Shown in pieces: positions 12,603 through 25,176 of a stretch of DNA of 64,000 nt. Location of the stretch: assembly GCA_028826165.1 (NCBI GenBank), contig JAPDFW010000022.1, positions 248,001-312,000 on the forward strand, written 5' to 3'. Each line of letters begins with the position of its first letter. The stretch's first letter is position 1. The position numbers and the translations under genes were made by a program. The notes beneath the pieces are model-generated. The model worked only from the letters and a program-made list of their open reading frames with translations, was not told where the DNA came from and ran no database searches. Source of the DNA: Anaeramoeba ignava BMAN. Lineage: Eukaryota > Protista > Anaeramoebae.

Positions 12603-15600
12603 ATGAAAGGGTTATTATCACTTTCGATAATATTGTTTGTAATAAGTGTTGTGCTTACAACACAATTCTTTACCGATTCAATCCAAAAGGAATTAAACCA
12701 AGTTGAAGACGGATGCACACCAGTCACATTAGGAGGATTAGGAGATTTTTGCAATGAAACAAATTACCAAGGATGCTATGACGAATTATGGTGCAACTCA
12801 ACAAACGTTTGCGCGGAGAAGAACGACGGAGCAAGCTGCGTAAGCGATAGTGATTGTTCAGGAGGACTTTGTCAAAATCAAACATGTACCGGAAAAGTCG
12901 TTGCCGGGAGACCCTGTCAATATGACACTCAATGCTACACTGGAAATTGTACCGGAAATTTCTGTGTCGGAATTGCCGAGAACCAAGCTTGCACATTGGA
13001 TAAACCATACACATGCGATGTGGGATTATTTTGCGATGCGAACACATCAACTTGCATTCCGCAAATCCAACCAGGTCAACAATGTTTGGGCAACATCAAT
13101 TATTCATCAAAGGAATTCACTGTTGTCGAGCCAATTTCAGATGCTTTGATGACGAATATGTTATTATCTCCGAAGTGGAATCACTTGTCCTAATCCAACT
13201 TGTCCAGTTCAATTAAAATTTGCAGGACCAGGAGAACTTTGTGATGAATTCCAAAACATTTATTGTTATGATGCTTTATGGTGTAATGAAACATCACACA
13301 CATGTGCTTATGATAACACTGGAACTAGTTGCACAGTTGATGATGATTGTGCTTATGAAGTTTGTGCCAATGGAACATGTTCAGGACCTAAAGATGCTGG
13401 TGATAATTGTGTAGTTGATAAAGAATGTATGTCTGGAAATTGTACTGGAGGAGTATGTGTTGGATTACCTTCAGGTGCAACTTGCAATGCCACAGGAGAA
13501 GATGGACAATGTGGAGTTGCAAAATCAAGTTGGAGTCATTTTTCTGGAGAATTAGATTTCATTCTTATTTGCACACCAGGATACATTTGTGAACCAACTA
13601 ATTATTCACATATTGAAGGATATTGTACTCAATTATATTCACAAATGAGTGGACAATCTTGTGTTATCAATGAAGTTTGTGAATTTGGATTAGCTTGTCA
13701 AAACGGAACTTGTGTTGAACATACAGAATATTGTGATATGGATCACATGTCTTGTCCAGTTAGTTCATATTGTAGTTGTTCAGATAATTACATCAACGGA
13801 ACTTGTAAATCAGTTGTTAACAGACATTGTGAACCTGAAATCCATGATTTAGTGAATTGTATGGCTAATAACAGTTGCCCATTTGGTGAGTTTGAATTTG
13901 TTCCAGGAACATGTGCATATGAGAAATGCCTTGCAGAATACAATATTGCTGAATGTTGTTTACAATATGGTCATCAAGATACTTTTTATCTTCCCAACGG
14001 AATGACTTGCCCTAATGTAACTTGTCCAGTTCAAGTTACATTTGCAGGACCAGGAGAACTTTGTGATTATGATGATAATATCATCTGTTATGAACATTTA
14101 TGGTGTAATTCATCTCATTTATGTGCTTATGATAACACTGGATCTAGTTGTACAGTTGATACTGATTGTGCTTTGAGAGTTTGTGCCAATGGAACATGTT
14201 CAGGAAAGAAAGATGCAGGTGATAATTGTGTAGTTAATAATGAATGTATGACTGAAAATTGTACTGGAGGAGTATGTGTTGGATTACCTTCAGGTGCAAC
14301 TTGTGATGTTAATGGACATGATCAACAATGTGATGTTGGATTATTCTGTGATAAAATTACAAACACTTGTATTCCATCAATTCAACCAGGTCAAGAATGT
14401 TGGAGTCATGTTGCTGGAGAAATTGATTTCATTCTTATTTGCACACCAGGATACATTTGCGAACCAACCAATTATTCATATTCTGAAGGATATTGTACTG
14501 CATTATATTCACAAATGGAAGGACTAGCTTGTATTATTGATGAAGTTTGTGAATTTGGATTAGCTTGTCAAAACGGAACTTGTGTTGAACATCCAGAATA
14601 TTGTGATATGAATACAATGCTTTGTCCAGTTGGCTCATATTGTAATTGCTCAGATAATTACATCAACGGAACTTGTGTACAACTTGCTAATAGACATTGT
14701 GAACCTGAAATCCATGATTTAATGAATTGTATGGCTAATAATAATTGTCCATTTGGCGAGGTTGAATTCATTCCAGGAACTTGCGGATATGAATATTGTC
14801 ACGATGAAAGTGTTATAGTTGAATGTTGTTTGCAGCATGATCACAACACTACCTATTATCTTCCAAACGGAGTGACTTGTCCTAATCTAACTTGTCCAAT
14901 TCAAATCACACTTGTAGGACCAGGAGACATTTGTGATCATGATAATAACATCATGTGTTATGAACATTTATGGTGTAATGAAACATCACACACATGCGTT
15001 TATGATAACACTGGAGATAATTGTACAGTTGATACTGATTGTGCTTACAGAGTTTGTGCCAATGGAACATGTTCAGGACCTAAAGATGCTGGTGATAACT
15101 GCACAATTGATAATGAATGTATGACTAGAAATTGTACTGGAGGAGTATGTGTTGGATTACCTTCAGGTGCAGTTTGCAATCTTACAGGACATCATCAACA
15201 ATGTGGAGCTGGATTATTCTGTGATGCAAATACATCAACTTGTATCCCATCAATTCAACCAGGTTTAGAATGTTTGAGTCATATTTCTGGAGAATTAGAT
15301 TTCATTCTTGCTTGCACACCAGGATACATTTGCGAACCAACTGATTACACATTTACTGATGGATATTGTACCAAATTATTCTCAGCTCAACATGATTCAC
15401 AATGTGTTATTGAACAAGTTTGTGAATATGGATTAGCTTGTCAAAACGGAATTTGTGTTTTCGAAACACCTTCTTGCGATATGGCCAACATGTCTTGTGC
15501 AGATAACGCTTATTGTAATTGCTCAGATAATTACATGAACGGAACTTGTGTTGAAGTTGCCAACAGATTCTGCGGGCCTGAACTTACTGATTTAATGAAC

Positions 15601-17760
15601 TGCTTAATAAACAACAGTTGCCCACTTGGATTTGCAGAATTCATTCCAGGAGCATGTGCATATGATAAATGTTACGATCAATCAGTTGCTGCTGAATGTT
15701 GTGCACAATATGATCATTCAGACACTTATTTCCTTTCTAATGGAATAACTTGTATCAAAGCAACTTGTCCAGTTCAATTAACATTTGCAGGACCAGGAGC
15801 GCATTGTGATTTGACTCAAGATATTTTCTGTTATGAAAACTTATGGTGTAATTCATCTAATTTGTGTGATTACGATAACACTGGAGAAAGTTGTACCGTT
15901 GATGATGATTGTGCTTTGAGAGTTTGTGCCAATGGAACATGTTCAGGAAAGAAAGATGCAGGTGATAACTGCACAGTTGATAATGGATGTGTTTCTGGAA
16001 ATTGTACTGGAGGAGTATGTGTTGGATTACCTTCAGGCGCACATTGCAGTCTTAACGGAAAAGATGGACAATGTGGAGCTGGATTGTTCTGTGATGCAAA
16101 TACATCAACTTGTATCCCATCAATTCAACCAGGATTAGAATGTTGGAGTCATATTGCTGGAGAATTAGATTTCATTCTTGCTTGCACACCAGGATATGTT
16201 TGTGAACCAACCAATTACACATATTCTGAAGGATATTGTACTGCATTATATTCACAAATGAGTGGACAAGCTTGTGTTATTGAACAAGTTTGTGAATTTG
16301 GATTAGCTTGTCAAAACGGAACTTGTGTTGAACACACAGAATATTGTGATATGAATACAATGCTTTGTCCAGTTAGTTCATATTGTAATTGCTCAGATAA
16401 CTATGTCAACGGAACTTGTGTACACCTTACTAACAGACATTGCGAACCTGAAATCCATGATTTACTAAGTTGTATGAATGCTAATAATTGCCCACTTGGA
16501 TATGGAGAATTCGTTCCAGGAGCATGTGCATATGATAAATGTTATGATCAATCAGTTACAGCTGAATGTTGTTTGCAATATGATCATTCAGATACTTATT
16601 TCACTTCCCATGGAATCACTTGCCACAACGCAACTTGTCCAGTTAGATTAACATTTTCAGGACCAGGAGACATTTGTGATTATGATAACGATATTGTCTG
16701 TTATGAACATTTATGGTGTAATTCATCACACACATGTGTTTATGATAACACTGGAGAAAGTTGTACCGTTGATGATGATTGTGCTTACAGAGTTTGTGCC
16801 AATGGAACATGTTCAGGACCTAAAGATGCAGGTGATAACTGCACAGTTAGCCAAGAATGTATGACTGAAAATTGTACTGGAGGAGTATGTGTTGGATTAC
16901 CTTCAGGTGCAACTTGCAATGTTACTGGACATCACCAACAATGTGATGCTGAATTATTCTGTGATAAAATTACAAACACTTGTATCCCAGCAATTCAACC
17001 AGGATTAGAATGTATGAGTCATATTGCTGATAGATTAGATTTCATGCTTGCTTGCACACCAGGATATGTTTGCGAACCAACCGATTACACATTTACTGAT
17101 GGAAATTGTACCGAATTATTCTCAGCAACCGCAGGACAATCTTGTGTTATTGAACAAATCTGCGCTTTTGGATTAGCTTGTCAAAACGGAACTTGTGTCA
17201 ATCAAACAACTTATTGTGATATGGAAACAATGGCTTGTCCAGATAACGCTTATTGCAATTGCTCAGATAATTACATCAACGGAACTTGTGTTGAAGTAGC
17301 CAACATAAACTGTGCATCAGAAATGAATGCATTAATGACATGTTTAATGAACAATAAGTGCCCAATTGGATTTGCCGAACTTGTTCCAGGAGCATGCCAA
17401 TATGACAAATGTTTCGCAGAAACACAAACTGCTGAATGTTGTTTGCAAACAAATTACACAAGCACTTATTATCTTTCCAAATCAATTGTTTGTGGATCAC
17501 CAAGTCCAAGTCCAAGTCCAAGTCCAAGTCCAAGTCCAAGTATAGCTCCAACTCCAACTACTGCTGCTTCTTCTTCCTCAAAATCTAAACTTGGTTTGGG
17601 TCTCGGTTTAGGTTTGGGTCTTCCTCTCGGTTTGGCTGCTATTGGTGGCGTCTTGTTCATCGTTTTGAAAAAGAGAAAGAAAAAGACTTCATCAACTGAT
17701 ACTGACGCTTTAATTGGTGATGATGATGATGATGGAAATCCTGATTACAAGAAGATTTAA
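12603..17760 (+). CDS. Large cysteine-rich repeat type-I membrane glycoprotein; frame break/deletion near 13090-13170
   Basis: Signal peptide at 12603; five ~290-aa Cys-rich units plus a truncated first unit; many N-x-T/S sequons; (SP)n stalk; TM helix GLGLGLGLPLGLAAIGGVLFIVL followed by KKRKKK and a short tail. The main frame is open from 13150. Confidence 0.85.
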
Positions 17761-17930
17761 TTTTTTCTCTTTCTTTTTAATTTTTTCTTTTTAATTTTTC
17801 TTCTTCTTTTTTTCATCATCTTTTTTCCATTTTTCATTTTTTTCATTTCATTTTTTTTCATTCAAAAAGATTAAAAAAAACAATCAATTCAATTCTTAAT
17901 TTTAATTTCAATTTTAATTTTAATTTCAAA

Positions 17931-19358
17931 ATGAGTTTTCTTCTTTTTATTCAAATAGAAATTTTTCAATCTAATTTTATTGAAAGTATTAAAAATCAAA
18001 TTTCAAGATTAATTACTTTTCTTGCAGAAAAACATCCTTATGAAAAAATATGTATTATTTATAGTAACAACATTCCTCCCATTTTGGAATTTATTAAATT
18101 AAAAGATGCTAAATTTGAAATGTATTTCCATTTTCATTTCCATTTAGAAATTTATTTTCATTTCATTTCAAAAAAAAAAACAAAGAAAGGAAAAGGAAAA
18201 TGAAAATGAAAATATTCGAAATTCACAACAAATTTCTTCAATAGAAAAACAAATAAATTCTATAACTGAAATTCTTTCTTCACAATTTGGAGAATTTTCA
18301 ACAAATTGCATCTTGTTTTTAAACAAAAAAATGAATTTAGAAATGGAAAGTAATCATTTTCACAAAATAATCAAAGCAAAAATTCTTTATCATTTCCTTT
18401 TCAAACTTTAATAGACTTGGTTTTGTATCCAATTTGCATCCGATGGTTTGTTTTTGAAATTGGGGATCAAGCAACCGAACAAGAGGAGCAAAAACAAGAG
18501 AAGAAGTGGAAGGAAAATACAAAGACGAAAAGACAATATATCTACAGGATTTGGGATGCAGAAGGAATGAGGAAAGCAATTGATGAATTTGTGTCCAAAT
18601 CATTTTTTCAAATCAAAAAATATTCTTTAATTTGTGGAAATTTGGCATCAAATGTGGGATTATTTCCTGAGCCAATGCTTCTGCATTTTGCCTTTCTGCG
18701 CAAATATTCGCATATAATCGGTGGCATCAAGTTCCCTTCTCAGATCACAATTCTCGGATTTCTTCCCGTTTCCGAGATAATCAACTCTCCCATTGTCTCT
18801 CAGCACACAATCCTGTTCAACTCCCTCGAAAACTCGAAGCAACAAAGCCTGTTCATTACCACATTGGCAAAGTCTTTGAAGGACAAGAGCATTGCTGCGC
18901 TTGTTCGATTGAGCCAATTTGCGTCTTGGTTTGGATATTTACAGATGACATCAAACAACAGAATTGTAGTGTTAAATGTTTTTGAACCATCATCTTCGCC
19001 GATATATCTTCCAACAAAAGAGATGGTTCCGTGGATCAATTACGAAAGCGATCAGGAGGATTCCGAGGAAGACAAGACTCTGATCCAAAATGATATTGCA
19101 TGGCCTATTTGGGACAATATCAAGCAGCTTAAGATCAGATTCACTCGTGAAATTCGAAATCTTCCTGAATCACAAAATATCTTGATTAAGGAGTGTGATA
19201 GAGCTCTTCAGCTTATCCATTGTTTTGGTCTTTTTGAGTTGAAGGATGTTATTTTGGAAAAATTGAATTCCGCTATTCAGTCTGATTCTAATCAACAAGA
19301 TTCTGAACGATCTGAATCTGATAAAATTTTATCTGAATTAATTTTAAAATTGAAATGA
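17931..19358 (+). CDS. INTS14: Integrator complex subunit 14 (VWA9) homolog, 3 exons
   Basis: LICGNLASNVGLFPEP, ITILGFLPVSEIINSPIVSQHTIL, LAKSLK...AALVRL...WFGYL, VFEPS and RNLPE....IKE......FGLFEL match INTS14; introns 18122-18185 and ~18350-18414 keep the frame. Confidence 0.8.
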
Positions 19359-19399
19359 ATTTAAATAAATTTATTTTAAAATAATAAATTAAATAAAAA

Positions 19400-21480
19400 A
19401 GATAAATTAATTTAAAATAAATTACTTGAAAAAGATAAATATTTAATAATAATATTTAATTAAATTAATTTTAAAATTATAAATTAAATTAAATTAAAAA
19501 TAAATTATTTGAAAAAGATAAATAAATTTTAAATAAAAAAAAGTGGAATAAAATTAATTAAAATTATTTCAAAATATAAATTAAGATTTAATTATAATAT
19601 TTAAATAAATTAATTTTAAAATTATAAAATAAATTAAATTAAAAATAAATTATTTAAAAAGATAAATAAAATTTAAATAAAAAAAGTGAAATAAATTTAA
19701 TTAAAATTATTTCAATATATAAATTAAGATTTAATTATAATATTTAATTAAATTTATTTTAAAATAATAAATTAAATTAAATTAAAAATAAATTATTTAA
19801 AAAGATAAATAAATTTAAATAAAAAGTGGAATAAAATTAATTAAAATTATTTCAAAATATAAATTAATATTTAATTATAAAATTTAATTAAATTTATTTT
19901 AAAATTATAAATTAAATTTAATTTAAAAATAAATTATTTAAAAAGATAAATAAATTTTAAATAAAAAGTGGAATAAAATTAATTAAAATTATTTCAAAAT
20001 ATAAATTAAGATTTAATTATAATATTTAATTAAATTAATTGAAAAATAATAAATTAAATTAAATTAAAAATAAATTATTTAAAAAGATAAATTAATTTTA
20101 AATAAAAAGTGGAATAAAATTAATTAAAATTATTTCAAAAATATAAATTAATATTTAATTATAATATTTAATTAAATTTATTTTAAAATAATAAATTAAA
20201 TTAAATTAAAAATAAATTATTTAAAAAGATAAATAAATTTAAATAAAAAGTGGAATAAAATTAATTAAAATTATTTCAAAATATAAATTAATATTTAATT
20301 ATAATATTTAATTAAATTTATTTTAAAATTATAAATTAAATTAAATTAAAAATAAATTATTTAAAAAGATAAATAAATTTTAAAATAAAAAAAAAGTGGA
20401 ATAAAATTAATTAATATTATTTCAAAATATAAATTAATATTTAATTATAATATTTAATTAAATTAATTGAAAAATAATAAATTAATTTAATTAAAAATAA
20501 ATTATTTAAAAAGATAAATTAATTTTAAATAAAAAAAAGTGGAATAAAATTAATTAAAATTATTTTCAAAATATAAATTAATATTTAATTATAATATTTA
20601 AATAAATTTATTTTAAAATAATAAATTAAATTAATTTAAAAATAAATTATTTAAAAAAGATAAATAAAATTTAAATAAAAAGTGGAATAAAATTAATTAA
20701 TATTATTTCAAAATATAAATAAAGATTTAATTATAATATTTAAATAAATTATTTTAAAATTATAAATTAATTTAATTAAAAATAAATTATTTAAAAAGAT
20801 AAATTAATTTTAAATAAAAAGTGGAATAAAATTAATTAATATTATTTCAAAATATAAATTAATATTTAATTATAATATTTAATTAAATTTATTTTAAAAT
20901 AATAAATTAAATTAATTTAAAAATGAATTATTTAAAAAGATAAATTAAATTTTAAATAAAAAGTGGAATAAAAATTAATTAATATTATTTCAATATATAA
21001 ATAAAGATTTAATTATAATATTTAAATAAATTTACTTTAAAATTATAAATTAATTTAATTAAAAATAAATTATTTAAAAAGATAAATTAATTTTAAATAA
21101 AAAGTGGAATAAAATTAATTCAAATTATTTCAAAATATAAATTAATATTTAATTATAATATTTAAATAAATTTATTTTAAAATAATAAATTAAATTAATT
21201 TAAAAATAAATTATTTAAAAAGATAAATAAATTTAAATAAAAAAAGTGGAATAAAATTAATTAAAATTATTTCAAAAATATAAATTAATATTTAATTATA
21301 ATATTTAAATAAATTTATTTAAAAATTATAAATTAAATTAAATTAAAAATAAATTATTTAAAAAAGATAAATTAATTTTAAATAAAAAAAAGTGGAATAA
21401 AATTAATTAATATTATTTCAAAATATAAATAAAGATTTAATTATAATATTTAATTAAATTTATTTTAAAATTATAAATTA
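19400..21480. repeat. ~142-bp satellite array, about 14-15 copies
   Basis: Landmark AAAAGTGGAATAAAATT recurs at ~19542, 19686, 19825, 19967, 20107, 20249, 20395, 20538, 20681, 20820, 20962, 21103, 21245, 21391. Confidence 0.92.
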
Positions 21481-21702
21481 AAAATAAATAAATTTACAAT
21501 ATAAAAAAATATATATTTGAATTATTATGTAAATATAATTTTATATATATATAATTTTTTATTTTAAAAAAAGTGTTAAATAAAAAAAAATTATTTTTTT
21601 CTTTTTTTTTTTTCATTTTTTTCCAAATAGTTTAAAATAAAAATAATAAAAATAATAAAACAAAAAGAATTAAATTAAGAAAAAAAAAAAGGAAAAAAAA
21701 CA

Positions 21703-22875
21703 ATGAGTCAAGACGAAATAATTAATATTGAAAAAGAAAAATCAAATCAACCCAAATCTTCGAAAACTTTCCAAATCACAAATTTAGACAAAAAATTAAC
21801 AAAAATTGGTGAAGGAAACATCGAAATTAACAAAAACAAAATAAATTTAACGATAAACTCAAGAACATACAATGACTTAATTTATAGCAACTTGTCAATT
21901 AAAACACATCCGACACAACAAACAATTATATATATGACATTAACAAAGGGACCAAAAAAACCGGCATTTTGTGGAGGACATGAAAAATTCATTGTGAATT
22001 TTGAAACAAAAGACCTTTTGGATGAGTTTCTTGATGACTATGAAAAATGTAAAAGTGAAAAAGCTCCAAAAAGTTTCACTGTCAAAATTGTCGACAGCAA
22101 ACTTCAACATGTTGCTGAAGATGAAATTATAGTTGACGACCAATCACTGTCATTTCAAGATTCTGCCAATGAAAAATCCGCAATTACAGAAACAAAAATC
22201 GCGCAACATCCAAGTCACGTCAGCATTTTAAGAGCAACAATGGAATCTGGCAAAGTCATTCTTGTTGATTTCCAAGAAGAAAAACAGAAAAATCAATTTC
22301 TTAACACTTTTAGGCACTCTTTTATCTCGCAAAAAAAATTGCGCAATAGTCAAAGTCAGTTGGAATTTGTCAGTGACGAAAACTTACCTACTCAATTTCA
22401 AGTTGATACTACCGACCGCAGTTTCAATGCCACTAGTTCGGCTGTTATTATTTTTACTGAAGACAATATGACTTTGAAAACTACTAACGAAGTTTTTGAG
22501 GATTTGGTGAATAAAAATTTACATGTTCAAACGAATAACGAACAACCAAATTGTGTCAAATTCATTTTCACTTCAAAAAAAAAGTCTTTTTGGAAATGTT
22601 CAAATCTAGAAAATTTTATTTTGAAATTTCCTTCTCAAAATGATATTCAGTTGTTTATTCGCAAAAAAAATTTGTTGTTAAAACCAGAAGAAGAAAAAAA
22701 ACAAGAAGAAAAACAAGAAGAAAAAAAACAAGATGAAAAACAACAAGATGAAAAACAACAAGATGAAAAAAAACAAGATGAAAAAAAACAAGATGAAAAA
22801 CAACAAGATGAAAAACAACAAGATGAAAAACAACAAGATGAAGATAACAAATCTGACACTCAAGATGATAATTAA
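21703..22875 (+). CDS. Hypothetical protein with three ~100-aa PH-like repeats and a (DEKQQ)n tail
   Basis: Intact 390-aa ORF; three internal repeats (F.V...D......G.I.I / ..HP...I / I.F....L..F...); PH-like fold is inferred. Confidence 0.7.
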   Translation: MSQDEIINIEKEKSNQPKSSKTFQITNLDKKLTKIGEGNIEINKNKINLTINSRTYNDLIYSNLSIKTHPTQQTIIYMTLTKGPKKPAFCGGHEKFIVNFETKDLLDEFLDDYEKCKSEKAPKSFTVKIVDSKLQHVAEDEIIVDDQSLSFQDSANEKSAITETKIAQHPSHVSILRATMESGKVILVDFQEEKQKNQFLNTFRHSFISQKKLRNSQSQLEFVSDENLPTQFQVDTTDRSFNATSSAVIIFTEDNMTLKTTNEVFEDLVNKNLHVQTNNEQPNCVKFIFTSKKKSFWKCSNLENFILKFPSQNDIQLFIRKKNLLLKPEEEKKQEEKQEEKKQDEKQQDEKQQDEKKQDEKKQDEKQQDEKQQDEKQQDEDNKSDTQDDN

Positions 22876-23013
22876 AAAAAACCATTTTTTTTTCAATTTT
22901 TTTTTTCTAATTCATTTTGCTTTTAATTTTTTTGCCACTTTTTTTTCATTTTCTTTCATTTTCATTTTTTTCATTTTCATTTTTTTCATTTTCATTTTTA
23001 AAAAGAAATAAAA

Positions 23014-24368
23014 ATGGATCCTTCAACTCCTTTAACTGAAGAACAAAAAATTAAAGTTGCAAAAAAAATGTATATTGCAGGATTCTTTTTTTTACCTTGG
23101 CTTTGGTTTTGTCTTGCAATTTATTTCAGGAAAGAAAAAAATGAAATTCTTCAAAAATGTACAAAATCAAAACAATTTAAAAATCAATTCAAAAAACAAA
23201 AATCAATTTAAAAATCAATTTAAAAATCAATTTAAAAAACAATTTAAAAACAAAAATCAATTTAAAAACAAAAATCAATTCAAAAACAATTTAAAAAACA
23301 ATTTAAAAACAAAAATCAATTTAAAAACAAATCAATTTAAAAACAAAAATCAATTCAAAAATAAAAATCAATTTAAAAACAAAAATCAATTTAAAAATCA
23401 ATTTAAAAATCAATTTAAAAACAAAAATCAATTTAAAAACAAAAATCAATTTAAAAACAAATCAATTTAAAAACAAAAATCAATTTAAAAATAAAAATCA
23501 ATTTAAAAACAAAAAATCAATTTAAAAACAAATCAATTTAAAAAACAAAAATCAATTTAAAAACAAAAATCAATTTAAAAACAAAAATCAATTTAAAAAT
23601 AAAAAATCAATTTAAAAACAAATCAATTCAAAAACAAAAATCAATTTAAAAACAAAAATCAATTTAAAAATAAAAATCAATTTAAAAATAAAAAATCAAT
23701 TTAAAAATCAATTTAAAAACCAATTTAAAAATCAATTTAAAAATCAATTTAAAAATCAATTTAAAAACAAAAATCAATTTAAAAACAAAAATCAATTTAA
23801 AAACAAATCAATTTAAAAACAAAAATCAATTTAAAAATCAATTTAAAAATCAATTTAAAAATCAATTCAAAAATAAAAATCAATTTAAAAACAAAAATCA
23901 ATTTAAAAATCAATTTAATTTAAAAATCAATTTAAAAATCAATTCAAAAATAAATTTAAAAACAAAAATCAATTTAAAAACAAAAATCAATTTAAAAACA
24001 AATCAATTTAAAAACAAAAATCAATTTAAAAACAAATCAATTTAAAAACAAAAATCAATTTAAAAATCAATTTAAAAATCAATTTAAAAATCAATTTAAA
24101 AAACAATTTAAAAACAAAAATCAATTTAAAAATCAATTTAAAAATCAATTTAAAAACAAAAACCAATTTAAAAATTTAACTTTATTTTCCTTTTAAACAA
24201 AAAACAACAAAAAAAGATGTCAAAAAAGCTTATTTTGGTTTTTTTGTTTTTACTTTTTTTCTTTTAACTTGGATGGCTGTTTTTTTATCACAAAGAGATA
24301 GATGGGGAGTAAAAGGAGATAATTTAAGTGTTAATATTCCTTATGGTGATTCTAATTATGATTCATAA
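23014..24368 (+). CDS. PSENEN: Gamma-secretase subunit PEN-2, 2 exons
   Basis: KKMYIAGFFFLPWLW...YF then, across intron 23159-24216, YVKKA..GF.....TW...F...RDRWG..GDNLSVNIPYG. Confidence 0.93.
23165..24175. repeat. Intronic tandem repeat (AAAAATCAATTT, with AAAAAC spacers)n
   Basis: Fills the PEN-2 intron. Confidence 0.92.
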
Positions 24369-24544
24369 TTAAATTTAAATTTTAATAATTTATCGTTTAA
24401 TCCCATTTATTGTTCTTTTCTTTTATCAAAATTGGAAAACATTTCTAAAAAATTTTTTTTACTTCTTTTAATTTCAATTGAAAAAAAAAGTTTTAAAATA
24501 AAAATTTTTAAAAAAAAAAACTTTCTTTTTTCCCTAATTCCAAT

Positions 24545-25145
24545 TAATTTTAATTTTAATTTTAATTTTAATATTAATTATAATTTTAATTTTAATTTTA
24601 ATTTTAAATTTAATTTTAATATTAATTTTATAAATGAATTTTAATATTAATTTTATAAATGAATTTTATAAATGAATTTTAATTTTAATTTTAATTTTAA
24701 TTTTAATTTTAATTTTAATTTTATAAATGAATTTTATAAATGAATTTTCATTTTAATTTTAATTTTAATTTTAATTTTAATTTTAATTTTAATTTTAATT
24801 GTAATTTTAATTTTAATTTTAAATTTTAATTTTGATTTATTTTTATTTTGATTTTAATTTTGATTTTGATTTTAATTTTGATTTTAATTTTAATTTTAAT
24901 TTTAATTTTATAAATGAATTTTAATTTTAATTTTAATTTTAATTTTAATTTTAATTTTAATTTTAATTTTAATTTTAATTTTAATTTTAATTTTAATTTT
25001 AATTTTAATTTTAATTTTAATTTTAATTTTAATTTTAATTTTAATTTTAATTTTAATTTTAATTTTAATTTTAATTTTGATTTATTTTAATTTTAATTTT
25101 AAATTTAAATTTAAATATTAATTTTGATTTTAGTTTTGATTTTAA
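24545..25145. repeat. (AATTTT)n microsatellite between convergent PEN-2 and BRE genes
   Basis: Direct inspection. Confidence 0.92.
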
Positions 25146-25176
25146 TTTTTTGGACAAAATTAAAGGAAATAAATAA

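Noticed and set aside
19400-21480. CRISPR-like array
   Set aside because: Whole units are repeated with no unique spacers, there are no cas genes, and the context is eukaryotic.
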